A DNA stretch of 58,834 nt, from the NCBI GenBank assembly GCA_052168235.1, contig JBQLZK010000049.1, forward strand, positions 1-58,834. The letters run 5' to 3'. Every line of letters starts with the position of its first letter. Within the stretch, counting starts at the first letter, position 1. This DNA is from Thainema sp. Its GTDB lineage: Bacteria > Cyanobacteriota > Cyanobacteriia > Phormidesmidales > Phormidesmidaceae. The notes under the pieces were generated by a model. That model made no database searches and was not told the origin of the DNA. It saw only the letters and a program-made list of their open reading frames with translations. This document shows, one piece after another, positions 50,118-58,834 of the stretch. A program made the position numbers and the translations under genes.

Positions 50118-50211
50118 AGCCTAACGGGTTTAACATCACCCTACTTCGCTGGCAGTTGGTTTCAATCTAGCATTCGCAGACCAGTTGACCTAAGAGCAAG
50201 TTCAAAGGTTT

Positions 50212-50254
50212 AAAAGCATAAGAGGACGTACTTGGTACGTCCTCTTATGCTTTT
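50212..50254 (-). terminator. Intrinsic terminator after panC/cmk
   Basis: AAAAGCATAAGAGGACGTAC-ttg-GTACGTCCTCTTATGCTTTT, 20-bp arms. Confidence 0.82.
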
Positions 50255-50265
50255 GGGGTTTTGGA

Positions 50266-51888
50266 TTAATTTGCGACTGCTTTAGGCAGTTGACGATAGT
50301 GGGTGACGATTTGCTCAATTACCTGATCAATCGTCAAATCATCGGTTTGGATTTCAACCGCATCTTCGGCTTGGCGGAGCGGGGCGGTGGCGCGGGTGCT
50401 GTCCTTGCGATCGCGTTCGTAAATCATCCGCTCCAGTTCATCGAGATCAACGACGGGCTGATTTTGGTCTTTCAGATCTTGCTGACGGCGGCGGGCGCGT
50501 TCCTGCACCGATGCGGTGAGGAAAATTTTTAGTTCCGCATCAGGAAAGACGTGGGTGCCGATATCGCGACCTTCCATCACCACGCCACCTTCGCGACCGT
50601 AGGACTGCTGGCGCTGGGTGAGTTCCTGGCGGACGACGGGCTGAGCTGCGATCGCAGATACGTTTCGCGTCACATCAGCTGAGCGAATTGCTTGGGTTAC
50701 TTCTTCGCCATTGACCCAGACGCGGGAGAGGGGAATCTTGTCGCTGCCGTCCTGCGCTGTACCGGGCTGGAGCTGAATTTGGCACTGATTAACTAATTCT
50801 GCGATCGCAGGTCGGTCGTCCAAGGCAATGCCGGACTGCATGACCAGCCAGGTGACTGCCCGATACATGGCTCCCGTATCGAGATAGAGCAAATCCAGCT
50901 CATGCGCCACTCGCCGCGCCACGGTTGATTTACCAGCCCCTGCTGGCCCGTCAATCGCAATAATCGGTTTCCGATTGCGCAGCACAAGATTGTCAATTAA
51001 GCGCGTATTTCCCAAGTAAGCGGCAACAGCCAACAGTCCAGCCTCCTTTACCCATTCCAAATGTTCTATCGTATCAGGATGCACCAGATCGACGTAATCG
51101 ATCTTGAAATTAGAGTTTGTTTTAATATGCTCTTTCACCGTTTCAATCAGGATTGCTGCATCCTCGCAGCCCTGATCGAACCGTTGTTTCGCCTGCTGCA
51201 GGCTTTGGGAGAGCACCATCGCTTCTACCCGCTGCTCAGCCGTTAAATACTGGTTACGAGAGCTGTAGGCTAACCCACTCGGCTCCCGCACAATCGGGCA
51301 AACAACCAGCTTAACGGGCAGATTCAGGTCGTCCACCAGCCGCTGCAAAATTGCCACCTGCTGGGCGTCTTTTTGACCAAAATAAGCGCGATGGGGCCGC
51401 ACGATATTCAGCAGCTTCGTCACAATTGTAGCGACTCCTTCAAAATGGCCGGGTCGGGTTTTCCCACAGAGGTTGGCCATCATTGATTGGGGCGGAATCA
51501 CTTGGGTTTGCGCCGCTGCGGCTAGGGATGAACCGTACAGTTCTTGGGCAGACGGAGCAAAAATCGCATCGACCCCAGCCTGCTTGCACAGAGCGGCATC
51601 GGCTTCTAGGGTACGCGGATATTGCTCAAAGTCTTCATTTGGCCCAAACTGGAGCGGATTCACAAAAATGCTGACCACTACGATGTCGCATTCTTGGCGC
51701 GATCGCTGAATCAGACTCAGGTGTCCGGCATGGAGCGCCCCCATCGTTGGCACGAACCCAATCACAGGTTGTCCACCTGCCTGGGATGCACTGCGCCCTT
51801 GCGCACATAATTCGACGGGGAAATGACCGCAACGAATATCGTCGAGGTAGCAGTTGAGTCCAACCACAGTTTTGAGTAGCCGCACCAC
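50266..51888 (-). CDS. panC/cmk: Bifunctional pantoate-beta-alanine ligase / cytidylate kinase
   Basis: PTMGALHAGH, FVNPLQF, RPGHFEGV, FGQKDAQQ, SSRN, RLIDN; then IAIDGPAGAGKST, LDTGAMYR, EGRDIGT. Confidence 0.96.
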   Translation of the reverse strand: MVRLLKTVVGLNCYLDDIRCGHFPVELCAQGRSASQAGGQPVIGFVPTMGALHAGHLSLIQRSRQECDIVVVSIFVNPLQFGPNEDFEQYPRTLEADAALCKQAGVDAIFAPSAQELYGSSLAAAAQTQVIPPQSMMANLCGKTRPGHFEGVATIVTKLLNIVRPHRAYFGQKDAQQVAILQRLVDDLNLPVKLVVCPIVREPSGLAYSSRNQYLTAEQRVEAMVLSQSLQQAKQRFDQGCEDAAILIETVKEHIKTNSNFKIDYVDLVHPDTIEHLEWVKEAGLLAVAAYLGNTRLIDNLVLRNRKPIIAIDGPAGAGKSTVARRVAHELDLLYLDTGAMYRAVTWLVMQSGIALDDRPAIAELVNQCQIQLQPGTAQDGSDKIPLSRVWVNGEEVTQAIRSADVTRNVSAIAAQPVVRQELTQRQQSYGREGGVVMEGRDIGTHVFPDAELKIFLTASVQERARRRQQDLKDQNQPVVDLDELERMIYERDRKDSTRATAPLRQAEDAVEIQTDDLTIDQVIEQIVTHYRQLPKAVAN

Positions 51889-51959
51889 TTTCCCCCTGCT
51901 GCCGAATTGTTGACCACCAACGGTCTACTGTAGCGAATCTTGACCCCGTTTTGCTACTC

Positions 51960-53804
51960 CTAATCGATGTCAATATCGATCGGCATCCGCGCATAAATGT
52001 GGCGCGGATCGTTCAGGGTGCGTAACATTTGGATTTCAGCCTGGAACTGGCCAAGCTGCGCTGTCAGTGGATCGGTTGGACGCGCTGCGGCATCAACGGT
52101 ATCCGAGCCAAAGAACTGCTCAAAAAATCGCTGCCACCCTTCGCTTTCTGGATATTTCCGAATATTCCAGTCGTCGCCCAAATCTGCCGCTGTGGCTGCC
52201 GCTGCGATCGCAGCATCCAGACCGCCCAGTTCATCGACCAAGCCCAGATCCTTGGCCGACGAGCCAGACCAGACCCGTCCCTGAGCCAGTTCCGCCACTC
52301 GTTCTAGCGGCAAATCGCGCCCCTGAGCCACCCGCTCTAGGAATTCGTCATAAATGCTATCGACGCTGGTTTGCAAAATATTCAGCTCTTTGGGCGTTTT
52401 GGGTCGAGTGATTGTGAAGATGTCGGCAGTATCGCCTGTTTTCACCACTTCCCAGTTGACGCCAATTTTCTCGCCTAGATCTTCCAAATTGGGGAAAAAG
52501 CCAAATACGCCAATCGAGCCTGTAATCGTAGTTGGTTCCGCAAAGATCTGATCGGCTGAGGCGGCAATCCAGTAGCCACCAGATGCGGCCACGTTGCCCA
52601 TTGAAACGATCACGGGCTTGCCCGCTTCCTGGCAGAGCTGCACTTCGCGGAGAATCACTTCAGATGCGATCGCACTGCCGCCCGGACTATTCACCCGCAG
52701 GACAACGGCCTTCACATCATCATCCAAGCGCAGTTGGCGCAGATGCCGGGCCAGCTTATCGCCTGCAATCACCTGTGATAGTCCTTCGCCCTCGCCATCC
52801 ACAATCGGTCCTTCGGCATAGACCAGCGCAATCTGATTGTCCGACCGCTTGACCTCTAGGGGGTCATCGGTGCCGCTGGCATATTCACTCAGGTTAATCT
52901 GCCGAAAGCTGGCTTCATCTTCCCATTCGGCATCCTGGGAAGCTTCTGCTTCACCCGTTAGCTGCCGCAGATCCTGAATTACTTCGTCCAGATAGGCGAC
53001 CTTATCGACCAGTCCCTGCGTTTGAGCATCTTCGCCAAACAGGAAGCCATTACCATTTGCGATCGCTTGCAGTTGGGGTGCCTCAATATCCCGAAATTCA
53101 GCTGCGCTGTAGATGATGTGTCCCCATAGATCACTGAGCAGACGCTGGGTTTGCTCCCGCTCCTCTGGGCTCATATCGTTGCGGATCAGCGGTTCAACTG
53201 CCGATTTGTATCTGCCGACCCGCGTAACCTGAATGCCAATCCCCAGCTTGTTGAACGTTTCCGCCTGGTAGCGCACTTCTGAGTACAGCCCGTTCATTTC
53301 CACATCACCAAAGGGATTCATGGCAATGGTATCGGCCACTGAAGCCAGATAGTATTCCGCTTCTGTCCACGACACGTCATAGGCAATAATCGGTTTTCCT
53401 GCCGCTCGAAACTGTTTGATGGCCTCCCGCAGTTCCTTGAGTGCGGCTGCACCAACCCCCACTCCTAGATCATCCCCGGCTAAATACAGGGCCACAATGT
53501 TGTCATCTTCAGCGGCAGCTTCAATGCCGTTAATTGCATCCCGCAGGGTTAGCTGGCTTTCAATACCGCCTAGCAATGCCTCGGTCGGAGACAGCTCATA
53601 CTCCGCATCACTAATCAAGGTTGAAAGGTCATAGACCAGCACGGAGTCTTTCTTGACCAGTCGCGTCTCTTCCCCATCGCTAAAGCTGGCAATCAGCACG
53701 CCAATTAACCCCAGCGCACCCAGTGCTGATAGCGTGATAAAAAAAATAAAAAACAGGATTGACCCGACCAAACTAGCCAGGGTGTACTTTAGGAAATCGC
53801 GCAT
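51960..53804 (-). CDS. sppA: Signal peptide peptidase SppA (67K type)
   Basis: YYLASVAD, VGRYKSAVEP, LRVNSPGGS, SMGNVAASGGYWIA, TITGSIGVFG, GRVWSG. Confidence 0.95.
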   Translation of the reverse strand: MRDFLKYTLASLVGSILFFIFFITLSALGALGLIGVLIASFSDGEETRLVKKDSVLVYDLSTLISDAEYELSPTEALLGGIESQLTLRDAINGIEAAAEDDNIVALYLAGDDLGVGVGAAALKELREAIKQFRAAGKPIIAYDVSWTEAEYYLASVADTIAMNPFGDVEMNGLYSEVRYQAETFNKLGIGIQVTRVGRYKSAVEPLIRNDMSPEEREQTQRLLSDLWGHIIYSAAEFRDIEAPQLQAIANGNGFLFGEDAQTQGLVDKVAYLDEVIQDLRQLTGEAEASQDAEWEDEASFRQINLSEYASGTDDPLEVKRSDNQIALVYAEGPIVDGEGEGLSQVIAGDKLARHLRQLRLDDDVKAVVLRVNSPGGSAIASEVILREVQLCQEAGKPVIVSMGNVAASGGYWIAASADQIFAEPTTITGSIGVFGFFPNLEDLGEKIGVNWEVVKTGDTADIFTITRPKTPKELNILQTSVDSIYDEFLERVAQGRDLPLERVAELAQGRVWSGSSAKDLGLVDELGGLDAAIAAAATAADLGDDWNIRKYPESEGWQRFFEQFFGSDTVDAAARPTDPLTAQLGQFQAEIQMLRTLNDPRHIYARMPIDIDID

Positions 53805-53924
53805 CGAAATGGCTCCCAGCCTAACTCAACTAGAGGCATTGCAGCCCCATCCTAAACGATGTCATAGCAGGCTAGCTGGAAATCCGGCTGAACTTGTAAT
53901 GTTTTCACAGATTTGCAGGCTGAG

Positions 53925-55520
53925 TTACTGAATGGGTAAACGAATTTTGAAGCTTGTCCCCTGAGCGAGTTGACTGTTCACCGCAATGGAGCCACCACAA
54001 CGAATCAGCAACTGCTGCACGACAGTTAAGCCTAAACCGGCTCCTTCGCTTTCTTGAGTAGGCACATGTTTTCCCCGGTAGAAGGCATCGTAGATGCGCG
54101 GCAAGTCTGTTGAGCTGATGCCCACGCCTGAATCCTGTACTTCCAGCATGATATCGTCACCTTCTTGGGAAACCAGTACCCAAATGCGCCCGCCGCTATC
54201 AGTGAATTTAATGCTGTTGTGGAGCAGGTTAATCAAAATTTGCCGCAGCCAGGCCTGGGGACAAGAGATGGCGGGTAAATCATCGGGGACGCGATAAGCC
54301 AGTAAAATCCCTTTCTCAATGGCTAGGGGCTGATAAGTGCTGACGACGCCGGGAATAACATCGTGTAGCTTGAGCGGATGCGAATCTTGAGTGGCCTGTT
54401 CAACCTGAAGCAAATCGAGAATGCCTTGGATCATCGTATTCTGGCGATCGCAAGCTTGATGCAGCATATCCATGTAGCGCTGCCGCTGAGCATCACCGAT
54501 GCTGGGTGAATTGAGCAGGGTGAGCGCTGTCTTCATATTGGTTACGGGCGGCTTCAGCTCCTGACCGATACGGTTGAGAAAGTCGTCTTTAGCTTCCAGC
54601 GTGCGGGTCAGGGTTTCGTGAACAGTATGGAGATTTTCCGTTTCCTGTTCCTGCTGCCGATAGCGCTCAATTTGCTGCACCATCCGCTCCTGCTGAGCAA
54701 TCTGCTGGGTAATCAGATAGCTGAGGGACATGGTATTGGTCTGGGGCGCACCACAAATTTTGACTTGCTCCTGCCAGTGGGTTGAGGCGGCGGTCAGATT
54801 TCTGTCTTGGGGATACCGCTTCTGCCCAGTTTCAAGAACCTGATACAGCCCGCCCAGAGCCTGTTGCAACACTTCGGCCTCAAAGGAACAAAGCGCTAGT
54901 AAGCGCGATCGCCGCTCACCAGTCGCCACAGAACGGGGTCGATGGGCCAGAAACAGACCGGAGAATGACTCTGAAACCACCATCAGAAAATATTCTTGAT
55001 TGAGGTGATTGGGATCAATTAACGGTACGACAATCTCTTGCGCTTGCTGATCGGTCGTCACTGAGATCATGCCGCTGTCGCCAATCAGGGAAAACTCGTC
55101 ATCAAAAAACGGATCGGCAATAGTTTCATACTGATCCTGAGCCAGATCATGAGCCCAACCTGCGATCGCAGGTTGAGCGGATGACGATGGGGTTGGCGAT
55201 CCACCCGGTTCAGCCGTCATCGCTGTGCCCATTTTTTGCTGATAATATTTTTCCCGCTCTACCCGGTACACCACATGGGCCAACCCAGACTGATAAATGC
55301 TTTGATTAATCAGCTCTTGCCAGGAGGAACGATGGGGAATTTTCAGCCAGATACTGGCCGAGATTTGGCGCTGGCTCAAGAAATTGAGCACACTTTGTAG
55401 CACTCCCCGAAAGGTTCTCGGGCTGAGCTGAAGTGAACTGGGCACTTGCTCAACATTCAAAGCAAGCTGATAGAGAGAAACGGGGGAAGAGGACGAGGAA
55501 CTCATGGGGTCAAGAGACAC
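53925..55520 (-). CDS. Soluble sensor kinase-like protein (DICT-like N-terminus) with Gln in the H-box
   Basis: EYFLMVVSESFSGLFLA sensor block; IGQELKPPVTNM; NLLHNSIKF, DSGVGI, FYRG, GAGLGL. Confidence 0.85.
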   Translation of the reverse strand: MSLDPMSSSSSSPVSLYQLALNVEQVPSSLQLSPRTFRGVLQSVLNFLSQRQISASIWLKIPHRSSWQELINQSIYQSGLAHVVYRVEREKYYQQKMGTAMTAEPGGSPTPSSSAQPAIAGWAHDLAQDQYETIADPFFDDEFSLIGDSGMISVTTDQQAQEIVVPLIDPNHLNQEYFLMVVSESFSGLFLAHRPRSVATGERRSRLLALCSFEAEVLQQALGGLYQVLETGQKRYPQDRNLTAASTHWQEQVKICGAPQTNTMSLSYLITQQIAQQERMVQQIERYRQQEQETENLHTVHETLTRTLEAKDDFLNRIGQELKPPVTNMKTALTLLNSPSIGDAQRQRYMDMLHQACDRQNTMIQGILDLLQVEQATQDSHPLKLHDVIPGVVSTYQPLAIEKGILLAYRVPDDLPAISCPQAWLRQILINLLHNSIKFTDSGGRIWVLVSQEGDDIMLEVQDSGVGISSTDLPRIYDAFYRGKHVPTQESEGAGLGLTVVQQLLIRCGGSIAVNSQLAQGTSFKIRLPIQ

Positions 55521-56000
55521 TCATGGGGCAATAGAGCAACAATACATCAGTTCAAACCGTTCTAGATTGAGCCAACTCTAATCAACAATCAAACAGGCAC
55601 TTTCACCATTCCTGAAGCAAATTATAGAATTTTGTTTAATCATCACCACGATTATTCGCCAACTTCTGACGAAAAATCTGTTTTTGTCTGACCGATTTGT
55701 GTGCGATCGCAACGCGAGCGTCCAGCGATCATGCCAATTGAATCCCTATATTTAATTTACGCTCAGGTCAAAGAAAAATAGGTGAAAACAGGCCAATCAA
55801 ACATTTGAACCCAGCCCACAGCGATCTCGCAAAATTTTAAATAGAGATGCTCAAGCATGGTTTGGCATCCGATTGAACCATTCGGATTGGGCCGTCAATC
55901 TGCTCAGTTCGATGACACAAAACTTAGTGAATTGCGCCATAGTAAACGAAAGCGTCAGCGACAGGGACGCCTATGACAGTAGCAGATTCTAGAGGAGCTT

Positions 56001-56846
56001 ATGCACGGTTTCATTCCCCCCCATCGCTTTTTGCCCTATCTTGCTTGGACAGATATTCAGGCTATGCCCGATAAGGCAAACGTGGTGATTGTGCAACCTA
56101 TTGGCTCCATTGAACAGCATGGGCCTCATTTACCCATTGTGGTTGATTCTGCAATTGGAACGGCGGTACTGGGTAAGGCTTTAGAAAAGCTGCCGTCGCA
56201 TATTCCGGCCTATGCGTTGCCGCCCCTGTGCTACGGCAAATCGAACGAGCATTGGCATTTCCCTGGCACGATTACGCTGAGTGCTCAAACCTTATTGGCA
56301 GTGATTACAGAAGTGGCGGAAAGCCTCTATCGCAGCGGTTTTCGCAAGCTCATCTTGCTGAATTCTCATGGGGGACAGCCCCAGGTTTTGGAAATTGCGG
56401 CTCGTGATTTACACCAAAAATATGCTGATTTCCTTGTTTTTCCGCTGTTTACCTGGCGTGTGCCGCATATCGGCAGCCAACTGCTCAGCCCTAAGGAAAA
56501 AGAATTGGGCATTCACGCAGGCGATGCAGAAACCAGCGTGATGCTGTCTATCTTGCCCGATACCGTCCGCATGGAAGCGGCGGCGGCGGAATATCCCCAT
56601 GGCTTACCGGAAGACAGTTTACTCAGCATGGAGGGGAAACTGCCGTTTGCCTGGGTTACGCGCGACTTAAGCCGCAGTGGTGTCTTGGGTGATCCAACTG
56701 TGGCGACGAAGGAAAAGGGCGATCAGCTGATGGAATCGGTTTCTGACGGCTGGGTCGAGGTGATTAAAGACGTGCATCAGTTCCAGCAGCCCCACGCCTG
56801 GGAACGCTCCTATCCAGGGGAAACCTTTGTGCAAGCGCATCCCTGA
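56001..56846 (+). CDS. Creatininase-family amidohydrolase
   Basis: GSIEQHGPHLP..D, SNEH..FPGT, NSHGGQ, HAGDAETS, SGVLGDP. Confidence 0.92.
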   Translation: MHGFIPPHRFLPYLAWTDIQAMPDKANVVIVQPIGSIEQHGPHLPIVVDSAIGTAVLGKALEKLPSHIPAYALPPLCYGKSNEHWHFPGTITLSAQTLLAVITEVAESLYRSGFRKLILLNSHGGQPQVLEIAARDLHQKYADFLVFPLFTWRVPHIGSQLLSPKEKELGIHAGDAETSVMLSILPDTVRMEAAAAEYPHGLPEDSLLSMEGKLPFAWVTRDLSRSGVLGDPTVATKEKGDQLMESVSDGWVEVIKDVHQFQQPHAWERSYPGETFVQAHP

Positions 56847-56851
56847 GCATC

Positions 56852-58222
56852 TTACTGGTGAGGAAAAACAATACGGAACTGCGTTCTGGGCGAACGTTCA
56901 ACCTCAACCGTCCCCTTGAGCTCTTGAGCCAGTAGCGTGACTAATCTCAAGCCCATTGACGAACTGCGATCGCGATCAAAATTCTCGGGCAGCGGTGTAC
57001 CATCGTTGGCAACCACTAGGCCTAAAAACTCCTGCTCAGGACTTGCATCGGTCGGCACAGGCAAAAGAGAGATCTGCAAATGACCAGTAGCGTGAGATCG
57101 AAGCCCATGCTTAATGGCGTTTGTCACCAACTCATTCAAAATCAAGCCGCAGGCCACGGCCTGATTTAACTGCAGCATGGCGGAAACATTGAGTTCCAGC
57201 TCAATCCGCTCGGGGTTAAGCATATAGGTGTAGATTAAGTTTTCGGCCAAAGTGCGGGCATAGGAGGCAAAATCAACCTGCTGTAAATTGGGAGAACGGT
57301 GCAACTGTTCATGCACCAGCAGCATGGATGAAATGCGATCGCGAGTCATTTCCAAAGCTGAACGGGCCGAACCATCGGCAGTTCGGCGAGACTGCAGATC
57401 GAGCAAGCTGGTAATAACTTGCAGATTGTTTTTGACTCGATGATTGATTTCTTGCAGTAAGACTTCCTTTTCGTGTAGCGAATCTCGGAGCTGTTGATCC
57501 GCGATTTTTTGAGCTGTAATATCTTCAATGACCGATACAAAATAGTCCGGATCTCCCGTCTCTGTCCGCACCAACGAAATCGTCAACCGCGTGTGTAAAA
57601 CCCGACCATCTTTGCAGACGACCCGTTTTTCAATGGCGCAATTATCGACTTGATTCAGCAAAAACTGGCGGAATTCAACCGTATATTGCCGCACATCATC
57701 TGGATGAGTCACCTCTTCGTAGGATAGGTTCATCAGTTCTGCCGCAGAATAGCCCAGAATTGAACAAAGGGCTGGATTAACATCCAGAAATCGGCCTGTT
57801 TGTGCATCAACCAGGCTTATCCCCACTGCGGCTCGCTCAAAGATTAATCGATTGTAATTTTCTAACGCAGAGCCTAGCGGAATATTGGCCAAACAATCCG
57901 CCACTGTCAGGACTCGAATCACCCGTCCATCTGCATCTAATACGGGCAAACAGTCAGCTTGTGCCTGCCGGAAGCGAGTCCGACAGGTCGCTAAATCCGC
58001 CGCTTCCTCTACGGTTAAAGTCGTCATGACAGGTTGCATATATTCCGCGACAGGAGTTCGATCTAGATCGACTCGTTGTGCGATCGCAGCTGTCCAGGTC
58101 TGAGGTGTAACCAATCCTAAACACTGCTGTTGAGCATCAACAACCACGGCATAAGTGGTTCCAGCTTGATACAATTGAGCGTTCAGAACAGACAGGGAAC
58201 AGTCTGGATTAACAAGCAGCAT
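56852..58222 (-). CDS. CBS-PAS-HisKA_2 histidine kinase
   Basis: CBS pair (AVVVD..LGLVT; LPVLD..V..VLT), PAS (THPDD, KDGR, EDIT), EINHRVKNNLQ, NELVTNAIKH, MGLRLV. Confidence 0.88.
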   Translation of the reverse strand: MLLVNPDCSLSVLNAQLYQAGTTYAVVVDAQQQCLGLVTPQTWTAAIAQRVDLDRTPVAEYMQPVMTTLTVEEAADLATCRTRFRQAQADCLPVLDADGRVIRVLTVADCLANIPLGSALENYNRLIFERAAVGISLVDAQTGRFLDVNPALCSILGYSAAELMNLSYEEVTHPDDVRQYTVEFRQFLLNQVDNCAIEKRVVCKDGRVLHTRLTISLVRTETGDPDYFVSVIEDITAQKIADQQLRDSLHEKEVLLQEINHRVKNNLQVITSLLDLQSRRTADGSARSALEMTRDRISSMLLVHEQLHRSPNLQQVDFASYARTLAENLIYTYMLNPERIELELNVSAMLQLNQAVACGLILNELVTNAIKHGLRSHATGHLQISLLPVPTDASPEQEFLGLVVANDGTPLPENFDRDRSSSMGLRLVTLLAQELKGTVEVERSPRTQFRIVFPHQ

Positions 58223-58583
58223 CTACAGCAATCCTTTCGATCTAAGTTCGACATCATTAGCCAAAAATGTTGGGGCAAATCACATACCAGCGATTTCATG
58301 ACGAGTGATCATGCACTATGACTGATCGTGATCTCGTTTTCCACAGGAAAGCTAACGCCCAAAGTCGGCATTTTGCCAACGCACTGCGATCGCAAAATAT
58401 CCTGGGTGGGTTGAGTGCCAGATGCAAGGAATGGAAACCTAGAGCAGGTTTTGGGGCTATACGTATTTGAATATGCAGTCAAATATCATGTGACAATATA
58501 TACATTTCACATCGAAACTTGTCTGCGACAAATCCCGAACTTGATACACAAGTTTATGTACGCTCTCGTCTTGCACCCAAACC

Positions 58584-58632
58584 CGGAGTGAGCATTTCGC
58601 GGCCTCACTGCGACGGCAAAATGCTCACTCCG
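58584..58632. repeat. Inverted repeat with 14-bp arms
   Basis: CGGAGTGAGCATTT ... AAATGCTCACTCCG. Confidence 0.8.
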
Positions 58633-58696
58633 AATTTTCGGTTTGCAAAGTGCAAAATAAGGGGATAGATCCTGTATACAGTCAATAGACCTTATC

Positions 58697-58743
58697 GGAA
58701 ATTGTTTTGTAGCGCGGCTCCGCCGCGCTACAAAACAATTTCC
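58697..58743. repeat. REP-like inverted repeat with 22-bp arms
   Basis: GGAAATTGTTTTGTAGCGCGGC-tcc-GCCGCGCTACAAAACAATTTCC; core is GTAG...CTAC. Confidence 0.85.
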
Positions 58744-58834
58744 AACCCCAAAAACTTTATTTCCAATAAAGTCTAATATTGATGGGAACCTCGATTAATT
58801 GAGGTTTTGGGACAAGGGTGTCTCATTTGAGACC

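Noticed and set aside
58489..58504. TGTG-N8-TACA NtcA/CRP-like dyad upstream of the CBS kinase
   Set aside because: Imperfect match in AT-rich DNA without a supporting -10; chance is plausible

Overview
Gene-dense chromosomal window from a cyanobacterium. Evidence: many HIP1 GCGATCGC octamers, chlD, nrtS, the panC-cmk fusion and a GUN4 domain; it is probably a filamentous Leptolyngbya-type organism (inference). It carries about 41 CDS: housekeeping genes (chlD, ugd, UDP-glucuronate decarboxylase, typA, pgm, rplI, ubiD, panC/cmk, sppA), many signalling genes (five histidine kinases or hybrids, two response regulators and a 1806-aa Ser/Thr kinase-AAA-GAF-adenylate cyclase), two cation/proton antiporters, two glutathione transferases, an FeS photolyase and a Gld-like ABC operon. 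No rRNA, tRNA, CRISPR array or transposase is recognisable. The most unusual items are: (i) two foreign-looking solo genes flanking ubiD, a PD-(D/E)xK endonuclease with a large unknown N-terminus and a degenerate ribosomal-S1 paralog with an ~80-aa insertion, which share an attC-like 26-bp motif running up to their ATG; (ii) a HIP1-free NACHT-GUN4 gene followed by a GTAG-REP palindrome; (iii) a His-less pseudo-kinase; (iv) many unusually long, near-perfect intergenic palindromes and a dense hairpin cluster at the right end. All protein calls are from motif recognition by eye, without database searches.
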